Shown: positions 14,743 through 44,571 of the stretch, in pieces
Layout of the letters: every line of letters begins with the position of its first letter
How positions within the stretch are numbered: position 1 is the stretch's first letter
Assembly: GCA_002269645.1 (NCBI GenBank)
Contig: NIVC01000922.1
Coordinates: 248,001 to 312,000 of the forward strand
Reading direction: 5' to 3'
DNA: 64,000 bases
Source: Macrostomum lignano
Lineage: Eukaryota
Program-made: the position numbers and the translations under genes
Notes under the pieces: generated by a model
The model's input: only the letters and a program-made list of their open reading frames with translations
Told to the model about the DNA's origin: nothing
Databases searched by the model: none

Positions 14743-15044
14743 ATGTCCGCACTGATCACAGAGCTGCAGACTAGCGGCAAAGAGAAGGACGACCTAATCA
14801 ACGAGTTGCAGCATCAGATTAGCGATTTGAAATCGCAAGTTCGCATGAAAGACAAGCGCATAGCGGAACTATTGTCGCAAGTTGATAAATATCAATCGGT
14901 GATTAATAGCGCCGCCGGGTCGCCAGTGCACACAGCCGCTACGACTGTTAAACGACAACGAGGCGTGGGCATTTCTGCTGAGCCGCAAAATGAACAACTG
15001 GTCTCGCAAATGTCAACGGGGAAAATTGTCCCTAAAGATGCTGG
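14743..15044 (+). CDS. PRKG1: PKG alternative N-terminal exon, I-alpha-like leucine zipper and autoinhibitory segment
   Basis: MSALITELQ...DKYQSVIN...KRQRGVGISAEPQ resembles PKG I-alpha (RAQGISAEPQ). Donor GG|GTGAGT, phase 2, fits the common exon at 22742. AG acceptor immediately upstream (14740-14741). Confidence 0.85.
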
Positions 15045-15094
15045 GTGAGTTTCAGATGTTTTTTTAAAGTTTGAATTATCATATATCAGTTCAT

Positions 15095-15608
15095 CAGTGG
15101 CGTCGCCAGGGGGGCCGGGGGGGGGGAGTGGGAATCGGGATTAGGCGCGGCGGGTACCAAAAACCATGAGGCAATTGAGTGCCTGCGGCGCTAAAATGAG
15201 TGCCTGCGGCGCTAAAATGAGTGCCTGCGGCGCTAAAATGAGTGCCTGCGGCGCCAAAATGAGTGCCTGCGGCGCTAAAATGAGTGCCTGCGGCGCCAAA
15301 ATGAGTGCCTGCGGCGCCAAAATGAGTGCCTGCGGCGCTAAAATGAGTGCCTGCGGCGCTAAAATGAGTGCCTGCGGCGCTAAAATGAGTGCCTGCGGCG
15401 CTAAAATGAGTGCCTGCGGCGCTAAAATGAGTGCCTGCGGCGCTAAAATGAGTGCCTGCGGCGCTAAAATGAGTGCCTGCGGCGCTAAAATGAGCGTCTG
15501 CGGCGCTAAAATGAGCGTCTGCGGCGCTAAAAGTGGCAATGACATGAGGCATGGCCAGCCAGGCCAACCCCCCCCCCCCCCCAATTGAAATTCCTGGCTA
15601 CGCCACTG
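15095..15608. mobile_element. Non-autonomous hAT-type DNA transposon (MITE) with an internal 21-bp minisatellite
   Basis: TIRs CAGTGGCGTCGCCAGG (15095) and CCTGGCTACGCCACTG (ends 15608), 15/16 match. Perfect 8-bp TSD CAGTTCAT at 15087-15094 and 15609-15616. About 17 copies of GTGCCTGCGGCGCTAAAATGA inside; no transposase. Confidence 0.9.
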
Positions 15609-16689
15609 CAGTTCATGTCTTGCTATCTTGGTTATTCGCATTTATTTTTGATGCACAATGATTGATTAATATTTAATAGTTACCTTGGAATCATTTTACA
15701 CAACTACTTACAAAAAGTAGCTTAGATCTATTACTTCAGCGGAACTTTAGTCAATAATTGAACTAGTAAGCAATTCATCTTCGATTTCTCGAAAGAACGC
15801 ATCAATTTAAAATTCTTTAGTATTTGTTTTTCAGATTGATCATACTTAGCTTCGCCTACTGATAGTAGAAATATAGGTTTATTTTATTAGTAATTTAGAT
15901 TTAGAATTTAGCTTGTATATTCCTGTGATTTGTGGTGTGTTTATTATTAATTGTTTGTTTCTGCTTGTACAAGTCAAACTGGCAGTTGTGCTGAAGAAGA
16001 AACGAGAGACAACTCAAAGCATACAAAAGGTGCATACAAGTTAGAGTTTGGGACTGACAAGGACTCACGGAGCTAATCATTTACAAGAAAAAGATGGGAA
16101 TATATGTGTTTGCACTTCGTGACGCGCTGTCTTCGGTCGTTCAAAGAGAGGACACAGTGTGTGTGTGTGTGTGTATGTGTTTGTGTGTTCGTGTGTCAAT
16201 CAAAATTGGTTAAAAGCAGAGCCAAGAAATGAAAGCCTGTCTATTATTTGAGGCTCAATGCAGTTTTCTTTGCAATAATAAATAGCTGGTACTGATGCAT
16301 ATAGTTCGTAGAGGCTATAAGAGTATTCACTAACAGTAATAAGCATTAGTCTAAATCGATACAAAATTCCAACTGAGGAGGCGGAAGCACTATATAATAG
16401 ATGGAGCTGTGGGGAAGATGGAGTTCAGTGCTTTCCATTTTTCTTTTGTAGGATTTCTTTATTTTGCTTCTTTGACTTCCATACAAAAGATACATGGGTG
16501 TTTGGGAGTTTTCAATTTGAGCAGGAGCAAGCTCTAGAGTAGGAAACTTCACACAGTTGTCCCCAAATCTTTTCGGAACATTAACTACAAGCAGCAACGT
16601 TAATCGTTTGCAAAAATAAACTACGGAGTATTTTGTATATCCAAGTCAGTGACTCTCTAAGCCTTGTGGCAGATGTGTTTAGAAGACAG

Positions 16690-16870
16690 ACATGTACACA
16701 GAAGGCAAGGGTGAAGATGAAGGTGATAAGGTGATAGGTGAAGGCATAAGGTGAAGATGTACACAGAAGGCAAGGGTGTACATGAAGGCAAAGACGTATG
16801 CAGAAGGTGAAGATGTACACAGAAGGCAAGGGTGTATGCAGAAGGCAAAGATATAACGCAAAAGGCAAAA
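16690..16870. repeat. Degenerate purine-rich repeat (GTACACAGAAGGCAAGGGT)
   Basis: Several imperfect copies. Confidence 0.7.
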
Positions 16871-17045
16871 GTCCTTAGTATATGAAGCTGCATACTGTTA
16901 TTACGAGATTGTAGAGAAGCTTTACACTTATTGCCATAAAATGAATTAGCTTTGGGGACCGAAAAGCATAGTTATAGCATAGAAGCATAGTTCATACTAA
17001 TGTCGTCATTCTAAACCCCTCTCCCCTCCTCTCTCTAAAGTCTAA

Positions 17046-17590
17046 ACCCGTTCCCCTCACCCCCTTTCCCCACCCCCTCTAGCCCCCTTTCCCCACCCCC
17101 TCTAGCCCCCTTTCCCCACCCCCTCTAGCCCCCTTTCCCCACCCCCTCTAGCCCCCTTTCCCCACCCCCTCTAGCCCCTTTCCCCACCCCCTCTAGCCCC
17201 CTTTCCCCACCCCTCTAGCCCCCTTTCCCCACCCCCTCTAGCTCCCTTTCCCCACCCCCTCTAGCCCCCTTTCCCCACCCCCTCTAGCTCCCTTTCCCCA
17301 CCCCCTCTAGCCCCTTTCCCCACCCCCTCTAGCCCCCTTTCCCCACCCCCTCTAGCCCCCTTTCCCCACCCCCTCTAGCTCCCTTTCCCCACCCCCTCTA
17401 GCCCCCTTTCCCCACCCCCTCTAGCCCCCTTTCCCACCCCCTCTAGCCCCCTTTCCCCACCCCCTCTAGCTCCCTTTCCCCACCCCCTCTAGCCCCCTTT
17501 CCCCACCCCCTCTAGCCCCCTTTCCCCACCCCCTCTAGCTCCCTTTCCCCACCCCCTCTAGCCCCCTTTCCCCTCCCCCTCTCCTCCCCT
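17046..17590. repeat. 23-bp C-rich minisatellite TAGCCCCCTTTCCCCACCCCCTC
   Basis: About 23 units. Confidence 0.95.
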
Positions 17591-18164
17591 CCTTAACCCC
17601 CTCTACCCCTCCCTCTAACTCCTCTCTCCCCTACCCCCTCTCTCTCTCTCGATCATTAACTGAAGCAAACTCAATACCCGATTAATAATTTCATTTTTTG
17701 GTCATGTTCGTATTAAAAGCATATTAAAGTCAGAGTGTGCGCATGCGCACTGTAAATTACAAATTATTCCCACTCTCTTATCACACTTCAACAGCAGATA
17801 GAGTAGAGGGTACGTTCAGAAGTAGTTCAGACAGATAATTAACAGACTCGCAGTCTTATATCAGGCACTAACATTGCGGTACATAAACCGCATTTTAAGC
17901 AGTTATATGTCAGTATTGCTGATATAGTATATCGTACTATTATCTGGCGTCCTACCATATCAGCGTACTGTATACTAATTGGTTGATACTTTATATAAAA
18001 ATCGTACCCACGTAAACTTGAATTGAATGAAACATTTATTGCTGGTAAAAAACTATTATACGTATAAAAACATCCACAAGTTAAAAGAAGAATGATAATT
18101 TTCTTTAAAAAACTTGTCTCACTGAGTCTCAGAACCGAGATTAGGGTGTTTCAGAATCCAAGAA

Positions 18165-18775
18165 TCCGGATAAATGTTTCACAGATTCAAAGAAATCGGG
18201 ATTCAGTTGTCACAAAATCCAACAAATCCAAGAATCAAGGCGTCACAATGATCCAAGAATCGGGATTCAGTTGTCACAAAATCCAACAAATCCAAGAATC
18301 AAGGCGTCACAATGATCCAAGAATCGGGATTCAGTTGTCACAAAATCCAACAAATCCAAGAATCAAGGCGTCACAATGATCCAAGAATCGGGATTCAGTT
18401 GTCACAAAATCCAACAAATCCAAGAATCAAGGCGTCACAATGATCCAAGAATCGGGATTCAGTTGTCACAGAATCCAACAAATCCAAGAATCAAGGCGTC
18501 ACAATGATCCAAGAATCGGGATTCAGTTGTCACAGAATCCAACAAATCCAAGAATCAAGGCGTCACAAAACCCAAGAAATCGGGATCAAGGCGTCACAAA
18601 ATCCAAGAAGTCGGGATCAATGTGTCACAAAATCCAAGAAACCGAGATCAAGGTGTCACAAAATCCAAGAAATCTGAATCAAGGCGTCACAAAATCCAAG
18701 AAGTCGGGATCAATGTGTCACAGAATCCAAGAAATCGGGATCAAAGTGTCACAGAGTCCTAGAGTCGGGATCTGG
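18165..18775. repeat. 64-bp minisatellite built from two related half-units of about 30-34 bp
   Basis: CGGGATTCAG recurs at 18197, 18261 and 18325 (period 64); breaks into about 31-bp monomers at the right end. Confidence 0.9.
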
Positions 18776-19724
18776 TATCACCAATAATCGGGAGCAATGC
18801 CATAAAAAACTAAGATCAAGGTCACCGAGTAAGAAAGACTTTGTCGCTCAACAAGTTGCTCAAACACACACAGGCAGCAGCAGAACTGGTAGAAAAAGCA
18901 AAGGAAATAAACCTAGAGCTCAGAAAAGCCAATTAGAAATCGACATCTTCCGCTTGTTTTCGTATAACCTAAAAACCCAGGCTCAATGCAGCATAACCTG
19001 CGGGTCAATACACCTCCGACACCGCCAGTGCATGAGGTTATATGGCTCACTTGCTCGGACCGACCGTGTTTATAACGATCAATAATTCACCGTACCAATT
19101 AGCCTATACGGTTGTATTGGAGAGAAAGCCAAGTTTGCGCATTCGTGATGGAGTGCTAGTGCTGTGCGTCATGGTTTTGCCTGTTCTTATATTATAGTTT
19201 CTAGTTCCAGGGCCGAGTGGTTTGGTCAGGAAAAATGATTCTGAGGCTACATAACAGCAGCTGATCATACTCGTAGTTCTGCATGGTGCACGCCTACCAA
19301 ACAGGGAAACGGTAACCGCGGGATTCACGGCGACCTGCATTTCCTGAGCTTCTTTCTTTCTCGACTCTCGCAGAGACATGTTCTATATTCCGATTGACGA
19401 ACTTTCGTCTTGCAGCTGGTTGGTTGAAACCGGAAATCCGATTGGAGCTAAGGCTATTATATCTGGGTATTTGGCTCACAGCAGTATTATCTTGGTGCTT
19501 ACTGGCTTGTTCAGTACGACTATTCAGTATTATCAATATTATCGATGACCTTGAGCTTTGGATTCTGAACTGTATCCTGAGACTGGGAATAACACTAATA
19601 TGAATTCGCAACTCGAAATGTTTTGAATAGAGATATCAAATCAGTACCCGGAATCAATGCCCGAAGTTGACCTCGGAATTTTAAATCGGTACCAGTATTG
19701 GAGAATGGAGTTGGGACCATAAGT

Positions 19725-20010
19725 GAATTGGGACTCGGAAAAGAATCGGGATTCAGAAAGGAATCGGGACTCAGAAATGAATTGAGACTCAGAAATGAAT
19801 CGGGACTCAGAAAGGAATCGGGACTCAGAAAGGAATCGGGACGCAGAAATAAATCGGTACTCAGCAAGGAATCGGGACTTAGAAAGGAATCGGGACTTAG
19901 AAAGGAATCGGTACTCAGCAAGGAATCGGGACTCAGAATGGAATCGGGACTCAAAAAGGATTTGGGACTCAGAGGTGAATTGGGTCTCAAAAAGGAATTG
20001 GGACTCGGAA
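19725..20010. repeat. 18-bp minisatellite GGAATCGGGACTCAGAAA
   Basis: About 15 units. Confidence 0.9.
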
Positions 20011-21143
20011 TAATTCTGGACGCGTAATTAAAATCAAGAATCTCCAATTTCATATATCTATAAAATATAGATGAGGCTGTACTGTGTACTCATTCTGACT
20101 TTTCACCGTGAGCCCATTTAAATTTCGTGGATTTCTCACAGCTCGCTACCTGAAAGGCAATATGCACTCGTGCGCATCCGCATCCGCTGACGGATGATTG
20201 ACGTGGCTCAAGTGGCTCGCTATAGCGGAGTTCAAGCCGAAGAAGTGATGAAGGCCATGCAGCTCATATCTTATTGAACCGAGCTACTCGTATAAGCTGT
20301 ATCTAGTGTAGGTGAGATTCGAGCACGAAGTCCTGACATAACTTTTTAGAAATTCGAGATAAGAGCTATATACGGTGGATCTTCACGAGTTGGTTAAAGT
20401 GAGGGGTAAATAATATACGGTTTCCCCTAAACATTTATCCACACATTGGGAGCTGAGTGGCTGCCAGCCTGCAGTGCTGAGAGACACCCAACGTCAGAGC
20501 AACTCGTCCAGTCCCACAGAGCAGAAAGAAATTCAATATGCGCAAACGCCTCGAACTGCGTGTTTAGATAAGGCCTCGAACTAAATAGCAAATTGACCTG
20601 CATATCTTAAGGAGGGTGGGGGCAGAAGGGAGCGAGAGGAAGAAGGCCCGACCTCGTCATTGGACTTGGAAGGGAGGCAGGTTGGTTACTGTTAAGGTAG
20701 ATTTTTAGGTATGGGAGAACCTGAGCACAGTGCTGTACCTTGGCTGGTTGGCTAGTTGGACCATGATTTCGCAAGCGCAGTCGTCCAGACACCCCTCTAT
20801 CCCCCCTCCTTTCCTTCCTACTCCCCTCTCCTGCCGATCGACCTCTTCTTCTTCCAGAGTTCTCGCACGGCGTTGAAACATAAATTTTGAGCCATAAAGT
20901 CCGATTATATACATGTACTCCGAAAGCCTTATAACTTAGCTACTTTGGTAATAAAACAATGTGCTAACAACTGAAAGAATATAAATATACAAATAATCTT
21001 CCCTACTCGCAAGAGAAGAGAGAGAGCTTTACTTGCTGATACAGCCTCGTTCGGGCCAACTTCCTTGCCCAAGTGCCACACGAGCTTTCTTGCCAATAAA
21101 CATTCAAATTTAAAACGAAGACTAAATAAAGGAAGTGTAAAGC

Positions 21144-39950
<18,807 letters not shown>

Positions 39951-41133
39951 CTTGCCTATCCGGCTTTCACTGTTGCTGCAGGTGCCAACAAAGACTTACG
40001 AGTTTTTATTGATTGTCCGACACAAGGACTTACATGATAAAAAACTTATTTGCGCACTTGAATTGCCGCCCTGTTCACATAGGCTAGCAATGTTTGAAAT
40101 ATGAAATTTTCCGAGTTACTGCTTTCCTAGAAATCTGACTGTTTGTTGAAAATCGAGAAATTATTGCTTTTTTTCTGGCGCAAATTCAAATTTGTAGAAA
40201 AAAATAGATGTACTGAAAATAAACAAAATTATTGCTGTATAAATTTGATTCTGGCACAGGAAATTTTTTTCTCGAATTTCGCTTGTCAACCGCTTGATCT
40301 GTGTATTTCTGTCTTCTGTTTGTAAAAATAATATTTAACGCTTTATCAACTACCAGATAGAAATCTTATCATATTTATTTTCAGCGAACTTCTCTCACTG
40401 GTACCCTACATGTAGTGCTTCGATTTTGCTTAATAACCCTGTGCCCAAATCATAACTGTTATTACCATTATGCTATTGATTATTCGAGTTTTATTCTCCT
40501 CTGCTCTCGATAGTTTTATTTCGAATTTACTTCTAACCTACTGGTAACTCGCTATATTTTTACTGTCACAAGTAATATGACGCGGGTACATGCTTCCAAA
40601 CATCAGTTTAATTTGTTTTGGGGGTTGTTTTATTCGATTTTATTCGGGTTGTCTGTCTGTCTGTCTGTCTGTCTGTCAGCCTGTCTGTCTGTCTGTCTGT
40701 CTGCCTATCTGTCAGCCTGTCTGTCCGTCTTTGCTTCAAAGTACCTTCGGCCTAACTGAGCAATATACATACAAGTATAATCCATTGTGATGTCTTGTCA
40801 ATTTTTCAAACTTATTCGTATTAGAAAACCAACCGTTAGTCGAATAATTTAATTGCCTCTTTGTTTTCAAATTAAAAAAAATTGTCGCAGATATCTTTTT
40901 GTTACTGTTCTGTGTTGATTCTGTTTTGTGCTTGTGCTCACACCAAAAAGTGATTGTCACACCTGGATAAATTGACTGGCATCCCGCACTGCACTTATTT
41001 TAATCAGTTCATTCTACTTGGGCCAATTAAATGAATACTGTTCATTGCGTTTCCAATTTCGAAAGTTTACTTTTGCAATTGACTTGATTTAACAATCAAT
41101 TTCGAGTCCTCGAGTGAGAATCAACTATCGGTG

Positions 41134-41615
41134 ACAGCATGGCTGGCGACAGAGTGAAGCATGGCTGCACAGTGACACACAGTGAAGCATGGCTGCACAC
41201 TGACACAGTGACACACAGTGAAGCATGGCTGCACACTGACACAGTGAAGCATGGCTGCACACTGACACACAGTGACACACAGTGAAGCATGGCTCCACAC
41301 TGACACACAGTGACACACAGTGAAGCATGGCTCCACACTGACACACAGTGACACACAGTGAAGCATGGCTCCACACTGACACACAGTGACACAGTGAAGC
41401 ATGGCTCCACACTGAAACACAGTGACACACAGTGAAGCATGGCTCCACACTGACACACAGTGACACACAGTGAAGCATGGCTCCACACTGACACACAGTG
41501 ACACAGTGAAGCATGGCTCCACACTGACACACAGTGACACAGTGAAGCATGGCTCCACACTGAAACACAGTGACACACAGTGAAGCATGGCTCCACACTG
41601 ACACACAGTGAAGCA
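41134..41615. repeat. Inverted copy of the intron-11 26/28-bp array
   Basis: Reverse-complement units ACAGTGAAGCATGGCTCCACACTGACAC, with a shared terminal flank. Confidence 0.93.
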
Positions 41616-42153
41616 AAGGCAGATAAATTTGTTTAAAAGTGCATCAGGCCAGAATTAACTTTCTGAATGTGACCATTATAGAATGTGAAACCATAGTGAA
41701 ATACAAATTTTATATTTAACAATCAATTGTCGCTTGTTTTATTTGACAGATGCAGTGTATAATTCAAATGGCTTTATTTATGCGAGGTTACGAAAACTTG
41801 GTCCTTAACTACACATCCAAAGACCACACAAGTGTGCTTATAAATCCGCATTTAAAATAGAACGAACTTTATTTCATGCAGCACTGCATGGTTAGCAGCG
41901 ATGAAAGTGAAGATCGCGGCTGAACATAAATGCCCTCCAACATTCAGCATTCCCCAAATAGAACACTAAACCATGTAGAATATTTGTATATACATTTCCA
42001 GCTTGTTGCGTACACAGCCAAGTGTAAGTGCGCCTTTGACAATCATTTATACAAGCCTTGATACAGTTGCGGTGTTACACCAGCTCTGCCTCTCAAGGTC
42101 TCTGCATTAGATATGCGAGTCTTGAAAGCTGCAGTGTACATAGGGAGCTCTGT

Positions 42154-42154
<1 letters not shown>

Positions 42155-42219
<65 letters not shown>
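42155..42219. repeat. (CT)n microsatellite upstream of the ETS gene
   Basis: About 32 units. Confidence 0.95.
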
Positions 42220-42224
<5 letters not shown>

Positions 42225-42621
42225 CTGTTCTTTCTTCGCTTTTCTAATTGCTGAACTTACTGCTTTTAAAGCTTAACTATATATTTGCATTCGACTTTAC
42301 AATACACGCACACGCTTAGCAAATGCCGCATTGAAGTTATATTTATAACACAATTACAGCGCTACACAGAGCCTGCCTGATAGATTGTTGCCTTTGACAT
42401 GCTGAGGTGGGTGACCTATCAAGTATTAAATTAGAGTTAATGGAGATGCCGATTGAGAGAGCTGCTAGTCTGGCCATAGACAAGTCTGGCAACTAGAAGC
42501 TCTAACTCAATCCATCGTCTGCTTACTTGCCCCAACCCTCCTAATTTTTGAACGGGACGTCCTGACTCGACTTATAGCTAGAGCGCAATCGATAGAGTTT
42601 TATGCAACTCTGGCACTGCGT

Positions 42622-44065
42622 ATGGCATCTGCGACCACTGAAAGTCCGGACACTGAGGAAGATTTCCACCAGCAGCGCCAGGAACTTCTCAATCATCGAC
42701 CCGATGCCAGCGATACTGACAATCGCCCAACTGACGCGTACGTCTCTAAGTGATTTGCCTTCCTTTATCAAGTTTATAGTATAATAATAATAATAGTAAT
42801 ACACCCGCCCAAATGGGCAGATGTGCAACCGACAGCTCAGCCGCAGCTATTGCGCAGCGCATCTGAAGGCTGCGTTCGGCTGTTCAGTCCAAGGACTGGC
42901 GGATCGACTAATGCTAATGCTGGCACCCATTTTACAGCTGGGTGAACTGAAGCAATCCAGAGTTAAGTGTCTTGCTCAAGGACACGAACCCCCGACCTTT
43001 CAGTCATGACATGAGTCCGACGCTCTAGCCACTAGGCTACAACCATTACATGCACATTCAGCCACATTTATCAGGTTACATGCCACATGTACACTCGGCA
43101 ACATGTTAAAGTTTCTACCCCGAACCCATGCAGTGATCAACTTTTCTCATATCTCTAAATGGCGCAATACACACCACCGCCTAAAGCTGCCACTTTCTAA
43201 CCCACAAGTTCTATGCTATAACAATTGTTATTGTCACTTGCCTTTCCCTGACCATAGATACAAACTTCTTGCAAGACCGCCAAAATTCGAATAGAGCGTT
43301 CTTTTTATGGCGAATTGACCGAAGTGAAATGAAGTGCCAATCCAGGATTTAAAAAAAACTAGTGTACGCATAGACTTTTTGCCATAGACGTTGGTTATCC
43401 TTGGGGCAGTTAATTATCTTCACGAGGGCCAGCCCCCGAGGCACAGACAGTGTGCATGTCTGAAAATTAGAAAGTCTGTGAACATTTGGATGCCTTCATC
43501 TCAATAAATCAATCCTGTCATAGACTTGGGGTTCAGAGAAGCTGCTTAAAAAATTCATGTGTTTAATTTTCTTATTCGCACCATCAGCCTGTCGGACGTG
43601 AGCGACCAGCCAATGTCGCGATGCGCCACGCCGCCTGGAACACCCGAGAACTGCACGAGTTTCATCGCTTCTCAAGCCGACCAGCTATTCAGCAGCGCCG
43701 AACACGAGGAGAGGCACCAGTTGTCTCTGGGCGCCACTGTCGAAGTTGAAATCGAGCGAGTCAGCAGCGACAGCGAGGTGGACGTTGAGAATCTGTCTCC
43801 GCCGCTACAGCAGCTGCCGGAATCCTCAAATCCTGCTGCTCAACAACCACAAGCAGACAGTGAAACTACAGATGTGAGCGAAGACGGTTGCGAAGAAAAT
43901 ACTGAAGATACAAGTCGATCTTCACCTGAGCAGCAGCCCACAGCATCGACAGCGCTGGAGCCGGCCGCATTCAACGGTTTGGTTGACAGTTTCAATTTGG
44001 CCCGATCGCAGCGAGAAGTTGTGCAGCAGCTGCTGATATCGGCGCATCAGTCGCACCATCTTCCG

Positions 44066-44100
<35 letters not shown>

Positions 44101-44536
44101 TCAGGTGTTTTGTCCGACAGGGTGTAACTACATGTACCCTCCGCCTCAGCAGCTGAGTCTGCTGCCTCCTCCTGCTGGTGCTCCTTCTCTTCCTCATTCT
44201 TCTCAACAGCCGCACCAGCATCACCAGCATCTGCAGGCTGCTGCTGCGGCGGCAGCGGCAGCAGCGGCAGCAGCAGCAGCAGCCGCGGCAGCCGCGGCAA
44301 CTCAAGGTAATAAGATTTCGCCATTCACAGCGCCGCACCTTCTGCCGATGCAGCAGACTATTGCGTCGTCGTCGTCATCGTTGCCAACGACGTCAACTTC
44401 GCTGTCGTCAAAGGCTTCGCCGTCTCCGATTGCGCCGCCGACAAATGGCCTCAGGCCTGACCTGCTTCGATCCATGAGCTTCCCGCCGCCTCCGCAGCTT
44501 CCTCCGATGTTTCCACAGCCGCCGCCGCCGCCGCCG

Positions 44537-44571
<35 letters not shown>

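Noticed and set aside
42399-42412. ATG CTG AG|GTGGGT as the ETS first coding exon
   Set aside because: It is in phase with 43588 but only three codons long; the 42622-42749 exon is more protein-like. Kept only as a possible UTR/uORF exon.
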